Positions 1-9,810 of a stretch of DNA of 64,000 bases are shown piece after piece (position 1 is the stretch's first letter; every line of letters begins with the position of its first letter). The DNA comes from Microcoleaceae cyanobacterium (GTDB lineage: Bacteria > Cyanobacteriota > Cyanobacteriia > Cyanobacteriales > Microcoleaceae). The notes beneath the pieces were generated by a model, which saw only the letters and a program-made list of their open reading frames with translations, did not search any database and was not told the origin of the DNA. The DNA lies in contig JBOFUV010000102.1 in the NCBI GenBank assembly GCA_051652765.1, positions 14,959 to 78,958 on the forward strand. Direction: 5' to 3'. The position numbers were made by a program, and so were the translations under genes.

Positions 1-2
1 TC

Positions 3-1868
3 AGCATCAGCGACGCTGGCGTGATTGCCACGGTCACCCTTGACCTCGTCAATCCAGACCAAAATCGCGTTCAACTTTGGCAGATCAACGGGGAAAAAAT
101 TGTCCATGCGCCGATCAGTCATGGCGGCGCGGCGATCGCCAGTATTAGCTTTAGCCCTGACGGGAAAATGCTTGCTTCTGGAAGTTGGGATAAAACTATT
201 AAATTGTGGACACTAGACGGAGCCCTGGTTCGAACCCTAGCTGGACATCAAGGTCGCGTCCAGGATGTGGAATTTAGCCCCGACGGAAAAACCCTCGCCT
301 CAGGGAGTTGGGATACAACTATTAAATTGTGGGCCCTAGAAGGCACTGTCCTGAAAACATTGAGAGGTCACTGTGAATCCTTGAAATTGAATTCCGGTGA
401 GTCCCAAGAATGCATTCGCCATATCAGTTTCAGTCCCGATGGCAAACGGCTCGTCTCAGCCAGTAGCGATCGCACCTTAAAAATCTGGGATCTGGAGAGC
501 GGTCGAGTCTTAGGGGCCTTGGAGGGACACAACGAGGCAGTCTTGAGTACCAGCTTCAGCCCTGATGGTCTCACCATTGCCAGTAGTAGCAGAGACCGCA
601 CGGTTAAACTTTGGAATGCTTTAAATGGAACCTTACTCCAAACTTTCTCAGGTCACCAAAGTGATGTCTGGGCTGTGGTGTTCAATCCAGAGGGTCGAAT
701 GATGATCTCTGCCAGTGCAGATAAGACCGCCAGAATCTGGGACTACAATCGGAATCCCGTTAACGACCGATTGTTGTATGGTCATACCGCAGCCGTTTGG
801 AACGTTGGGTTCAGTCCTGATAGTCAGCTCACGGCGACAGCAAGCGATGACAACACGGTACGACTCTGGGATGTCGCTCTCGGAAAACCAGCCCTCGGCC
901 TTGGGGGAAAACCTGTGCTGTTGCAACATAACGATGACGTGAGCGGGGTCAGTTTTAGTCCTGATGGCCAAACCATTGCCACCACCAGTTACGACCAGAC
1001 CGTAAAACTTTGGCGGCTCAACGGTCAACTGGTGCGATCGCTGGATAACGACAATGATGTTGTTTCTGCCCTGAGCTTTAGCCCAGATGGCAAAACCTTG
1101 GCCTCAGCCAGTCAGACGGTTAACCTGTGGACACTAGCAGGAAAACGCTTGGACACCCTTGGCCTGAACAAGCCCGCTTGGGACATAGAGTTCAATCTCC
1201 TAGGCAATCAGATTGCCGTTGGGACTAGTGACGATAGCGGCACTGACACTGAAGTTGAGCTTTGGGAAAACCAGAACGGACGCTGGCAGCGCACCCTGAG
1301 CCTAACCCCTGAACTGATCGTTCAGAGAAACTCATCGTTCCGGAAATCTCCTAATCCCCCCCTATCCTCCTCAAGCGCCGAAATTAATGCTTTTAGCTAC
1401 CCGCCCCAGGCAGATCAACTCGCCCTAGCGATTAGTAGAGAGGTTCGGTTCTGGAGTTCAACTAAAGGTGGCTCTTGCCCCATCAGTCATAGTGCCCAAG
1501 TCGAAAGTCTGAGCTTTTCTCCCAGGGTTCTACCCTCAGGAGATTACCTGCTCGTGACCGCCAGCCAAGACAAACAGGTACGGTTTTGGCACGTTAGTGA
1601 AGCCCAGCTTTGGCCAGAGTCCCAGACCTGTTCAACCGTTGAGCCCTTCTATGCCATTAACCAAGATGCCATTGTCAACCATGTTCATTTCAGTCCCAAT
1701 GGGGAGACCTTATCGATCGCCCAGGATAATGGTGTTGTGACTCTGTGGAGCATGAAAGGCTTTGAACTCGATTATCAAATTGAGCAAAGCTGTGAGTGGT
1801 TGACAGACTATCTGAACACCAATGTCAATTTGACACCAGAAAGCCGTGCCCTTTGCTCAACAAAATGA
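3..1868 (+). CDS. WD40-repeat protein, C-terminal part (5' truncated by window)
   Basis: Many GH...FSPDG...LASxSxDxTxKLW repeats; frame is open back to position 3; ends in the typical cyanobacterial 'CEWLTDYL' tail. Confidence 0.93.
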   Translation, partial: SISDAGVIATVTLDLVNPDQNRVQLWQINGEKIVHAPISHGGAAIASISFSPDGKMLASGSWDKTIKLWTLDGALVRTLAGHQGRVQDVEFSPDGKTLASGSWDTTIKLWALEGTVLKTLRGHCESLKLNSGESQECIRHISFSPDGKRLVSASSDRTLKIWDLESGRVLGALEGHNEAVLSTSFSPDGLTIASSSRDRTVKLWNALNGTLLQTFSGHQSDVWAVVFNPEGRMMISASADKTARIWDYNRNPVNDRLLYGHTAAVWNVGFSPDSQLTATASDDNTVRLWDVALGKPALGLGGKPVLLQHNDDVSGVSFSPDGQTIATTSYDQTVKLWRLNGQLVRSLDNDNDVVSALSFSPDGKTLASASQTVNLWTLAGKRLDTLGLNKPAWDIEFNLLGNQIAVGTSDDSGTDTEVELWENQNGRWQRTLSLTPELIVQRNSSFRKSPNPPLSSSSAEINAFSYPPQADQLALAISREVRFWSSTKGGSCPISHSAQVESLSFSPRVLPSGDYLLVTASQDKQVRFWHVSEAQLWPESQTCSTVEPFYAINQDAIVNHVHFSPNGETLSIAQDNGVVTLWSMKGFELDYQIEQSCEWLTDYLNTNVNLTPESRALCSTK

Positions 1869-1940
1869 CAAAGGCAAACCGGTTCAAAGACTGCTATTAC
1901 TGTCTCCAAGCCTACTGGTTCTGAGCTAAAGATGTTAGTC

Positions 1941-1956
1941 TAGACTGTACAGTTTG
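1941..1956. promoter_or_regulatory. Putative TetR operator (palindrome ACTGTACAGT)
   Basis: tagACTGTACAGTttg, ~100 bp upstream of the TetR gene; autoregulation is inferred from TetR family behaviour. Confidence 0.5.
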
Positions 1957-2052
1957 ATTTTTTGTGTGTAGCTACCCAGTTTGATCGTTCGGTTTGATGA
2001 TTGAGTTTGATAGTGATAGCCATATGAGTTAAGGAGACCCAGAATCAACACC

Positions 2053-2703
2053 ATGCCCAAAGCTGTTAACGATGCCCACGTTCAATGTGCCCACGGTCGT
2101 CACGGAATTGCCGATAAAGCAGAGCAGATTCTGAATGGCGCAATCCCCGAATTTCTAAAACACGGTTATTCCTGTACCAGCATGGATCGGATTGCCAAGG
2201 CGGCAGGGGTCTCCAAACAAACCCTATACAGCCATTTCTTAGACAAAGATGGCCTCTTCACAGCCCTGGTTGAACGCATTGCCTGTGAGAAGTTTCAGAT
2301 GGTTTGGTCTCATCCTCTCGAAGGACAACCCAGCCAAGTGTTGCGAGAGCTGGCCAAGCGTATCCTGATGGAAAACATTGACGATGAAGACTACTTGGGA
2401 TTTTGTCGATTAATTATCGCGGAATCCGGTAAGCGGCCCGATCTAGCTCATGTATTTTTAAAAAATTTAGTCCAGCCTGCAACAGTCATCCTGACTCAAT
2501 ACCTGCGAGATTGTCCTGAACTAAGGATCTCTGACCCCGAAGCAGCAGCTCGAATTTTTGTTGGAGCCCTGATTCATTTCATTCTGATTCAACGGGGACT
2601 CCATGGAGAGACCCTGATGCCAATGGATGCCAATCGATTGGTGGATACCCTAGTGCAGATGATTGCAGGTTCTGGAAAAACCCCTGAATTGCAGCTACAG
2701 TAA
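2053..2703 (+). CDS. TetR/AcrR family transcriptional regulator
   Basis: N-terminal HTH SMDRIAKAAGVSKQTLYSHF; AAGGAG SD upstream. Confidence 0.93.
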   Translation: MPKAVNDAHVQCAHGRHGIADKAEQILNGAIPEFLKHGYSCTSMDRIAKAAGVSKQTLYSHFLDKDGLFTALVERIACEKFQMVWSHPLEGQPSQVLRELAKRILMENIDDEDYLGFCRLIIAESGKRPDLAHVFLKNLVQPATVILTQYLRDCPELRISDPEAAARIFVGALIHFILIQRGLHGETLMPMDANRLVDTLVQMIAGSGKTPELQLQ

Positions 2704-2772
2704 TAATGGCGTTTTGAAACCAGAACGCTTTGAGACTCTAACTTCCATGCCATCGCTTCACATCTCACTGCT

Positions 2773-3915
2773 ATGTATGCTCCTCCATTTGCTTTGAACA
2801 CCGGCATTGCCATGACCCTCTATGCTGGCTTGAAAGCTAGCCAAACCTGGGAAAGCACCCTCAGGGAGCCAGAGCCTGCCTACAGTGAACATATTTTTTT
2901 AGGGGCTGGGAACACCCCGATTTTTGGGATTGTTGCCATTCCACCCAATCCTCGAGGAACCCTGGTTGGCACCTATGGGATCACGGGGGATTTGGACAAT
3001 CAGTGGTTCCTCAGGGTCTTAGGACGTAAAGCCTTTGCTCGAGGCTATGCTGTGGTTCTATTTGATTGGCGAGCCCATGGCAAAACCGCAGAACTCTCTC
3101 CTACTCTAACTTCTGATGGGTTGTATGAAGGTCAGGACTTTGTGCATATTGCGGCTCAAGCTAAGTCCTTGGGATGTCCGGCTCCATTTTGGTTTACGGG
3201 ATTTTCCCTAGGAGGTCAGTTGGCCCTTTGGGGGGTTCAGGCAGCCCAAACCCTGGCACAGTGGGGCCAAGGGTTAGATCCCGCCTTAAACCCGACCTTA
3301 AACATTACAGAACCCGAATTAGCAGGAGGAGCTGTCATTTGTCCGAGCTTGGACTCTACTCGCTCCCTACGTTATCTGGTCAAGCATCCTGTGGGCAAGC
3401 ATCTGGAACGATCGATCGCCCGCACCCTCAAAAAATTAGCCTATCGAATTGCTGCGTTTCATCCGGGAGCCCTTGACCTGAAAGCGATTGAACGGGTCAA
3501 TACGATCTGGGATTTTGACCAAGAATTAATCATTTCAACCCTAGGGTTTGCCACTGTTGAAGACTATTACGGGGCTAGCAGTCCCCTACCGTTGCTCCCC
3601 CACCTGCAAAAACCAACGCTGATTCTCTACGCGGCAGATGATCCTTTGTTCGATCCGGCTGTGATACCTGACTTGCAAGCAGCGGCCCAAGGGAACCCTA
3701 GAATTGATTTGAGGCTGACGGCTCAGGGTGGCCATGTTGGCTATATCAGCAGCCAAGCTTGCCAACGTCAAATGCAAGATCCCGACTGTTGGTGGGCTTG
3801 GAACCGGGTTCTGGAGTGGTGCGATCGCCCTCATGATTCCCTTCAAAAGGACTCTTCAGACTCATCCAAGCTGGAATCAGGAATTATTCAACTTTCCCCT
3901 GTAATTAATAGTTAA
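2773..3915 (+). CDS. YheT-family alpha/beta hydrolase
   Basis: GFSLGG nucleophile elbow, ADDP and GGHVG motifs. Confidence 0.88.
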   Translation: MYAPPFALNTGIAMTLYAGLKASQTWESTLREPEPAYSEHIFLGAGNTPIFGIVAIPPNPRGTLVGTYGITGDLDNQWFLRVLGRKAFARGYAVVLFDWRAHGKTAELSPTLTSDGLYEGQDFVHIAAQAKSLGCPAPFWFTGFSLGGQLALWGVQAAQTLAQWGQGLDPALNPTLNITEPELAGGAVICPSLDSTRSLRYLVKHPVGKHLERSIARTLKKLAYRIAAFHPGALDLKAIERVNTIWDFDQELIISTLGFATVEDYYGASSPLPLLPHLQKPTLILYAADDPLFDPAVIPDLQAAAQGNPRIDLRLTAQGGHVGYISSQACQRQMQDPDCWWAWNRVLEWCDRPHDSLQKDSSDSSKLESGIIQLSPVINS

Positions 3916-3946
3916 TCAACAGTAACGAGCTGTAGGAAAAAATAAA

Positions 3947-4897
3947 ATGGGTCAAAACCAGGGTCAATGGGTCAAGCTAGGACTGGGGACGACGTTAGCC
4001 GGGATCTTGATCTCGAGTTGCAGTAGTCCAATCATACCGAGCGCTACCCTCCCACAAGCAGGTTCAACAACTTCACAACCCGCCCCAGCGTCTGAAGTTT
4101 CAGCTTCAGACGGGGAGAACTTGGCCCTCAATTCCCCGACCGCTAGTGCTCCTAAGGCTTTACCCCAGTTGGTCAAAACGGCAGCGGTTTCCCTCGTGGT
4201 TGATTCAGTCGAGTCTAGTATCCAGGGGGTGAGACAAATTACCCAACAGTCCCAGGGAGACCTCATGGGATTGCAGGATGAAACCTCTACCGATGCAATA
4301 GATCGTCAAAGGGCTTCGATGCAAATTCGGGTTCCTCAGGAGAAACTGGACTCAACCCTACAAAAGCTGAAGCAATTGGGCACTATCCAAAGTCAAACCC
4401 TTACAGCAGAGGATGTTTCTGATCAACTCGTGGATTTTGAAGCTCGTCTGCGGAACCTACGAAAGACCGAGGAAACCTTGTTAAAAATCATGGAACGCTC
4501 CGGTGAAGTCGCTGATGTCCTGAAAGTTGCTCAGGAACTTAGCGGTGTACGGAACTCTATCGAACAAACTGCTGCTCAGATCAAGTCCCTCCAGAATCGA
4601 GTCGCCTATTCTACGGTTACGATTAACTTAGAAGCGGCGATCGCATCCCCAACCTCCGAACGTTCAGTTGCCAATCAATTGCAAGAAACCTGGCAGGACG
4701 TAAGCCGTTCCCTCGGTCAGTTTACGACAAACCTAATGCAGCTAGGGATCTGGCTATTGCTCTACAGCCCCTATTTGTTGCTAATCACCGGGGGAGGGGT
4801 ACTGTTCTACCGATGGCGCAGATCTAGACCGGTTAGAGGGGGTTTAGCAACCCTGCCAACTCCTCTCTCCTCCCCAGACAACGAGCAATCCCATTAA
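3947..4897 (+). CDS. DUF4349-domain lipoprotein
   Basis: Lipobox ISSC, EDVSDQLVD..ARL coiled segment, C-terminal TM helix. Confidence 0.85.
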   Translation: MGQNQGQWVKLGLGTTLAGILISSCSSPIIPSATLPQAGSTTSQPAPASEVSASDGENLALNSPTASAPKALPQLVKTAAVSLVVDSVESSIQGVRQITQQSQGDLMGLQDETSTDAIDRQRASMQIRVPQEKLDSTLQKLKQLGTIQSQTLTAEDVSDQLVDFEARLRNLRKTEETLLKIMERSGEVADVLKVAQELSGVRNSIEQTAAQIKSLQNRVAYSTVTINLEAAIASPTSERSVANQLQETWQDVSRSLGQFTTNLMQLGIWLLLYSPYLLLITGGGVLFYRWRRSRPVRGGLATLPTPLSSPDNEQSH

Positions 4898-5008
4898 ATC
4901 TAAATCTTCCAGCGGCTATAATTGTTTGAACCCAATGCCAGTTGGCTTCCTGCCGACTTTATATAATAGATAACGCCCTATAGAGAGCGCCCTAGGGGAA
5001 AGCTGGGA

Positions 5009-5791
5009 TCAGGATTTTAGAGCAGGATATAACCCTTCAAGTTGCTCTGGAGTGGCAGTTCTCAGCTTGATAGTTTGGGTTGTGCTGGGGGACAACAGGA
5101 CATCTCGATAGCGTACAAACGTTAGATTTTCTGGGGTCACAGTCAAGGAAACGGGTGGAGAAGTGGCTAAAAATTCTCGAATACTCTGACTAACAAGGTT
5201 CCAACGCTGATCGCTAGGGTTTTGTTGAAACGAGCCTAGGCGCAGGTAGAAATCGTTGTCCACTGCTGCAGGCTGGCGGTGATACTTGTGCAACAGATTA
5301 AAGTGTTGGGCTTTTTTGCGGAATTGATTTAAATCCTGAACAATATTTCCGGCTTTGAACGGCCAACCAATCAAGACAACAGTGTTGCCCAATAATTGGA
5401 ATGACCGCTCAAAGGGAGGTTGATTTTGACTGAGGAATCCATAATCCACAGTTGAACAATAGCCGCCAATTTGGATTTGTAAGGGCAGATCTGAAAGCTG
5501 ATCCAGATAATCTAAAAACCCCAGCCAATTAACATATCTAGTTTCGCCCCGTTCTGCTTGAAACCAATGACTCAGAATTCCATTGGGAGTTTTCACCCCT
5601 TCACAACCGATTAGAGTGGCATGAACCTGCTCGATTGGGCAAGGTTGAAAGTTGTCCTGAAATTGACCCAACAAATAGCTTTGTAAGCCCAGGATTTGCC
5701 TTGAAAAATCAGGAGGTTTTGAACCATAGAAGGAAACCAGGCTGACATTTGGGCACTCAGGAATAGGAAATTCAGGAATTCTAACGTTCAC
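5009..5791 (-). CDS. Hypothetical protein, possibly 2H-phosphoesterase-like fold
   Basis: 260-aa ORF starting 8 bp after the frp stop; contains one HATL (HxT) motif. Confidence 0.65.
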   Translation of the reverse strand: MNVRIPEFPIPECPNVSLVSFYGSKPPDFSRQILGLQSYLLGQFQDNFQPCPIEQVHATLIGCEGVKTPNGILSHWFQAERGETRYVNWLGFLDYLDQLSDLPLQIQIGGYCSTVDYGFLSQNQPPFERSFQLLGNTVVLIGWPFKAGNIVQDLNQFRKKAQHFNLLHKYHRQPAAVDNDFYLRLGSFQQNPSDQRWNLVSQSIREFLATSPPVSLTVTPENLTFVRYRDVLLSPSTTQTIKLRTATPEQLEGLYPALKS

Positions 5792-5799
5792 TGCTTGTT

Positions 5800-6126
5800 T
5801 TACATTCGAGTCAGAGCAGCGACTTTAGTCACCTTGTCCTTGTCTAAGCCCTCTAGATCCTCAAGTTTGAGCCATCCTTGTTTGACCAACTGAGCAAAGG
5901 TAAAAATCAGTTCTGAATAATCATAAGCGTACTTGCCATCGATATCATGACGTCTGGCACTCAAAAAATCATGCAACCGCCACAGATCATTTAATTCACT
6001 GATGCCACCCGCACTGTCTCGAATAAGCTGAATCAGGGTTAGCGTTTCTCGTTCATAAGCTTTATCAAAAGCGGCCTTGGCAATGGTTTGCTCTGTTTCA
6101 GACCATGTAATCTCACTAACTTGCAT
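5800..6126 (-). CDS. frp: Fluorescence recovery protein
   Basis: WSETE..A..AF..AYERE and LW.LHDFLSARRH.IDGKY motifs; downstream of ocp. Confidence 0.95.
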   Translation of the reverse strand: MQVSEITWSETEQTIAKAAFDKAYERETLTLIQLIRDSAGGISELNDLWRLHDFLSARRHDIDGKYAYDYSELIFTFAQLVKQGWLKLEDLEGLDKDKVTKVAALTRM

Positions 6127-6418
6127 TATTAGACCTAAAAATTAAAAAACTACACAATCATTAATATTAATCTATCTTATATTCCTAGACCACATTCTGC
6201 AAAGACCTCATCCCCAATTCCTATAGTTTCGTTTGTATCTTCGGTTTTAGCCGGTTTAGGGCTTGTTTTGAGGGTCATGTCCTCAGGTTGCTCGTTCCAG
6301 TCTTAAGAGCCTGACAACAATAAAGCGCCCTCAATGAGAGAGCGCCTTGGGAAAGATGAGAAATTTTAAAGAAATTTCAAGGGAGTGATTGCTATGGCAA
6401 GCAATCCTCAGCTCACAT

Positions 6419-7378
6419 CTAACGGGAGAAGTTCAACAGTTCCTTGGGAGAGGCTAACAAGTCAATCGCAACAAAGTAAATCTTGCCCTCAGGATTGAGC
6501 AAGAAGCGCCAAGCAATATTCATCCCAACACCACCCCCAAACCAGGGGGTTTGAACTTTTCCAGTCACTTTGAGCTGGGTATAGCCTTCGTCAGCCGGTT
6601 CAGCCACGCCCTGTTCTGGGAGCAATTTTAGGTTTTGGCACTCTTCCCGGAAAAACCGAAGCACAGCTTCTTTCCCAATAATTGGGCGACGGAAGGGAGG
6701 TTGTAGAGCGCCATCGGGAGCAAATAGCTCAATCAACGCATCAAAATCATTGGCGTTGAGATTATTCATGTAGCTAGTCACCGTTGCATTGTCGATGCCT
6801 TGAATGGTCACCTGGGTACGCTGGGCCATATCCACAGGAGGCACAACAGCTTCAGCAATACGAGCGTAAGTCCCCATTTTATTCGGGTCAAATCCCATAT
6901 CAACCACAGAATTTCGCAAAACAGTGATCTGCTGACCCGGCTCTAGGTCTTGAATGGATTGCAGCACTACTGCGGCATTGGTAGAAAGTTTGTAGCCTTC
7001 TGGAATTGGCGCTACAAGGCCCTGATCCATCCACTCGCCCAACTGATACCAAAAGCCCAGCTTGATGTTTGGAGACCAAGTGGCATAGGTACGAGCAATG
7101 GGAGTATCAGCCCGATTGGCCAAATCACACATCACTTGAGTTTGCTGAAGGGGAGTCATTTTCTTGATTTCATTCATGGTTCCCTCTGCAAACTGCATGT
7201 TGGCAGCGCCCGGAGCCGCAATGGTAATGGTTTTCCCCATCTCTAGATATGCAAACCAGATGAGTGCGAGTTGGTCTTCAGCACTCAGTTGAACAAATCT
7301 GGCAATCGTGGCAGGCACGGCATCAGCCGCTAAAGTGTTTGGAAAAATGTTGCGAGCTGAATCAATGGTGAATGGCAT
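6419..7378 (-). CDS. ocp: Orange carotenoid protein (OCP1 type)
   Basis: MPFTIDSAR.IFP start, NTD plus NTF2-like CTD, GKVQTPWFG and DLLASPKELL motifs; followed by frp. Confidence 0.97.
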   Translation of the reverse strand: MPFTIDSARNIFPNTLAADAVPATIARFVQLSAEDQLALIWFAYLEMGKTITIAAPGAANMQFAEGTMNEIKKMTPLQQTQVMCDLANRADTPIARTYATWSPNIKLGFWYQLGEWMDQGLVAPIPEGYKLSTNAAVVLQSIQDLEPGQQITVLRNSVVDMGFDPNKMGTYARIAEAVVPPVDMAQRTQVTIQGIDNATVTSYMNNLNANDFDALIELFAPDGALQPPFRRPIIGKEAVLRFFREECQNLKLLPEQGVAEPADEGYTQLKVTGKVQTPWFGGGVGMNIAWRFLLNPEGKIYFVAIDLLASPKELLNFSR

Positions 7379-7569
7379 AGATCTACCTCACTTAGGTTTA
7401 AAAGGGATTTAAGTAGTTTTTATTGCTTTTTATTGCAAATGCTACAGAAACCACCTTCAGGATATGAAACTCCTGATCCCTAGCACTTTAAGAAATGTTA
7501 AAGGAGGGCATGTTCCAACACTGATCCAGAAGCATTTCTGTAAGCATTTACTTCTTCTGTCAAGCAATA

Positions 7570-7608
7570 TTTACGCATTTTAACATAACCGTTACGATCC
7601 TTTACAAC
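7570..7608. promoter_or_regulatory. HLR1-like (RpaB) direct repeats upstream of ocp
   Basis: TTTACGCA-tt-TTAACATA and GTTACGAT-cc-TTTACAAC resemble (G/T)TTACA(T/A)(T/A)-N2 repeats. Confidence 0.5.
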
Positions 7609-7651
7609 TGCATGAAGCTATTTGGCTTGCAACCAGACAAGTCGCAGCACT

Positions 7652-7711
7652 CTGCAATGTTTCAGACTGCAATGTTTCAGACTGCAATGTTTCAGACTGC
7701 AATGCTTCAGA
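7652..7711. repeat. Tandem repeat CTGCAATGTTTCAGA x4
   Basis: 15-bp period read directly; last copy has 1 mismatch. Confidence 0.95.
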
Positions 7712-7759
7712 AAGATTACAGAGTCATCGAATAACTTCTGGGATTTTGTGGATTAGTGA

Positions 7760-7945
7760 TCCGGCCTGACTTCACAAAGGCGAGACAGCGATTCCGCAGT
7801 CCTGGGTTTACAACCCTTGAGGGTTCGATTGCTGAATCAGGAGGAATAGGTCATCTTCTCCTGACACTAAGGTAGGTTATTATCCTTTGCGCCCAACTTC
7901 CTGGATGCCAAGGACTTCGCTGTACAGACTTCACCGCGCCGACTT
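7760..7945. ncRNA. Candidate structured non-coding RNA (family not recognised)
   Basis: Nested helices ACAGCGA/TCGCTGT and AGTCCT/AGGACT enclosing hairpins AACCCT/AGGGTT and TCAGGAG/CTCCTGA; GC-richer than its flanks. Confidence 0.5.
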
Positions 7946-8114
7946 GACTGTAATAAAGTGCTAGCACAGCTTGTTATGGCTATTCTAAATCAATCATGAG
8001 AGACGTTAGAGAGGGGTTTGGGGACTTCTCACAAATCATTGCTGATTGCTATTCTCAACTGCTTGTCGTTTAGCCAATAGGTTAATCAGTGCATTTTGTA
8101 AAGACTTTGTAAGT

Positions 8115-8152
8115 GTAAATATTGTGTGTAAATATTGTGTGTAAATATTTTG
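8115..8152. repeat. Tandem repeat GTGTAAATATTGT x~3
   Basis: 13-bp period read directly. Confidence 0.85.
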
Positions 8153-8373
8153 TAAGATTGGAGGGTTTTCAGGGAAAATGCTTGGCAAACTTGTAGCGAA
8201 CTCAGTAATCTGTAGCAATCTCGAGTCATTTGCAGGATTGTAGTACAGGAATTCTGCCTACATTAGTCCTACATTAGTTAAAATACTGGCACTCCAAATT
8301 TCTGACAAATCATTTGAATTTTTTGAAAATCATTAAACATTGCTATCCCTAAAAAATTATAAGGAGAGAAAGT

Positions 8374-9039
8374 TTGCAGTACCAAATTAATTATAAGCCT
8401 GCTTTTGCTACAATTTTTGTCACCTTGAATCCAGGAGAAAGCATTGTTTCGGAAGCAGGAGCCATGGCCAGTATGGATGCCAAGTTATCTATGAACACAG
8501 CATTTTCTGGCGGTTTTTTCCCTGCTGTAGTTAAAAAATTTTTGGGTGGAGAAACTTTATTTATTAACACATTTACAAACAACACTCAGCAACCTTTACA
8601 GATAGTTTTATCCCAATCTATGATTGGTGATATTGAGTATATTGAGCTTAAAAAAGACCAGCAACTTTATTTTCAATCCGGAGCTTATATTGCTAGCTCC
8701 AAGAACACTAAACTGGGTGTAGGCTGGGCAGGCTTTGCGAGTTGGTTTTCTGGCGAGGGCTTGTTTCGCTTGAGAGTTACGGGGCCAGGAGTTGTATTTT
8801 TCGGGGGCTATGGTGGGATTACAAAAAAACAAATTACCCAAGAATTTATTGTTGATACAGGTCATTTACTCGCTTATGAGCCAGGAATTAAATTGGGAGT
8901 GGGATTATCGGGAGGTCTATTCAGCTCTATTACCTCAGGTGAAGGGTTTATCAGTCGATTGAAAGGAAGTGGAACGATTTACTTACAATCTCGCAGTGTG
9001 GAAGGATTAGCTCGATTTCTCAGTCCTAGACTCCGATAA
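8374..9039 (+). CDS. TIGR00266/AIM24 family protein
   Basis: ESIVSEAGAMASM, GGETLFIN, VDTGHLLAYE and SGEG...G.G.IYLQSR motifs; TTG start with AAGGAG SD. Confidence 0.9.
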   Translation: MQYQINYKPAFATIFVTLNPGESIVSEAGAMASMDAKLSMNTAFSGGFFPAVVKKFLGGETLFINTFTNNTQQPLQIVLSQSMIGDIEYIELKKDQQLYFQSGAYIASSKNTKLGVGWAGFASWFSGEGLFRLRVTGPGVVFFGGYGGITKKQITQEFIVDTGHLLAYEPGIKLGVGLSGGLFSSITSGEGFISRLKGSGTIYLQSRSVEGLARFLSPRLR

Positions 9040-9073
9040 AATGTGTTTCCCATCCCCAAAAAATTCTAGAGAA

Positions 9074-9148
9074 AGTAAGTTTAGAAATAGTAAGTTTAGA
9101 AATAGTAAGTTTAGAAATAGTAAGTTTAGAAATAGTAAGTTTAGAGAC
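9074..9148. repeat. Tandem repeat AGTAAGTTTAGAAAT x5
   Basis: 15-bp period between converging genes. Confidence 0.95.
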
Positions 9149-9184
9149 AGTCGTTCAAGGGTAAACGTCATGATTGTGCCTGCT

Positions 9185-9412
9185 TTAACCCTTTTTTAGG
9201 GCGAGCTGAGAATACCAGACCGCCTCCTGTTCATTGGTCACGAGGAAATCCCAATCATTTTTGGTTCCTGCTCCAGCCAAACAGCAGCCAATCACAATCC
9301 CTTCAATTTCCTCCCCTTGCCAGGTTGCAATGACGCGATCGCCCATCTGAAAGCGGGCACTTTCATGCCAAGTTTTCACCTGTTCTGCAAACTGAATTAA
9401 TCGCTTGTCCAT
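9185..9412 (-). CDS. Small hypothetical protein, possibly SH3/Tudor-like
   Basis: 75-aa ORF with FQMGDRV.ATW.G..IEGIV pattern. Confidence 0.55.
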   Translation of the reverse strand: MDKRLIQFAEQVKTWHESARFQMGDRVIATWQGEEIEGIVIGCCLAGAGTKNDWDFLVTNEQEAVWYSQLALKKG

Positions 9413-9592
9413 CTGTGCCTGCTGAAATCTCTAAGCTGCAATTTTTTGTTCTGGCAATTTTCAGTTTAAGAGACCTTGACTGAACCATAGCAAAAAGCTC
9501 ATCGTACCGATGTAATTTCTAGAACTTAGATTGAACGTTTTTTATTCTGGGCTAGTCTCTAATATAGAAGGCTCCAGAGCCCGAGTCTGGCC

Positions 9593-9810
9593 AAAAAAAC
9601 TGCCAACCACAAGGATTGACAGTGTTCCATTACTCCATAGGGTATAGAATCCCAAATCTATAGACTAAAAATTAAAAATTTTGCTCCCGACTCACCTAGC
9701 GGTAGAGAAATTTGTGTTGGACAGCGGTCGCCAGGGATTAAAAGCTGTTGTTCCTTGTTGGACAGTCGTTCCAGTTTTTGAGTTGAGTCGAGAAGAGCTT
9801 GAGGATTAGA
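9593..9810 (-). ncRNA. Candidate sRNA with intrinsic terminator, PsrR1-like 3' end (5' end uncertain)
   Basis: Minus strand CUAUGGAGUAAUGGAAC-ACUGUCAAUC-cuugu-GGUUGGCAGU-U-tract; no CDS ends here. Confidence 0.45.

Noticed and set aside
7826..7850. TTGCTGAATCAGGAGGAA as a c-di-AMP (ydaO) riboswitch; minus-strand GGGCGCAAAG as c-di-GMP-I
   Set aside because: Only short fragments match; the remaining conserved core motifs are missing
8036..8218. 60-aa minus-strand ORF
   Set aside because: Runs through an AT-rich tandem repeat, has a TTG start and no recognisable motif
7652..9148. Tandem arrays as CRISPR
   Set aside because: 13-15 bp units are head-to-tail with no spacers, and no cas genes are present
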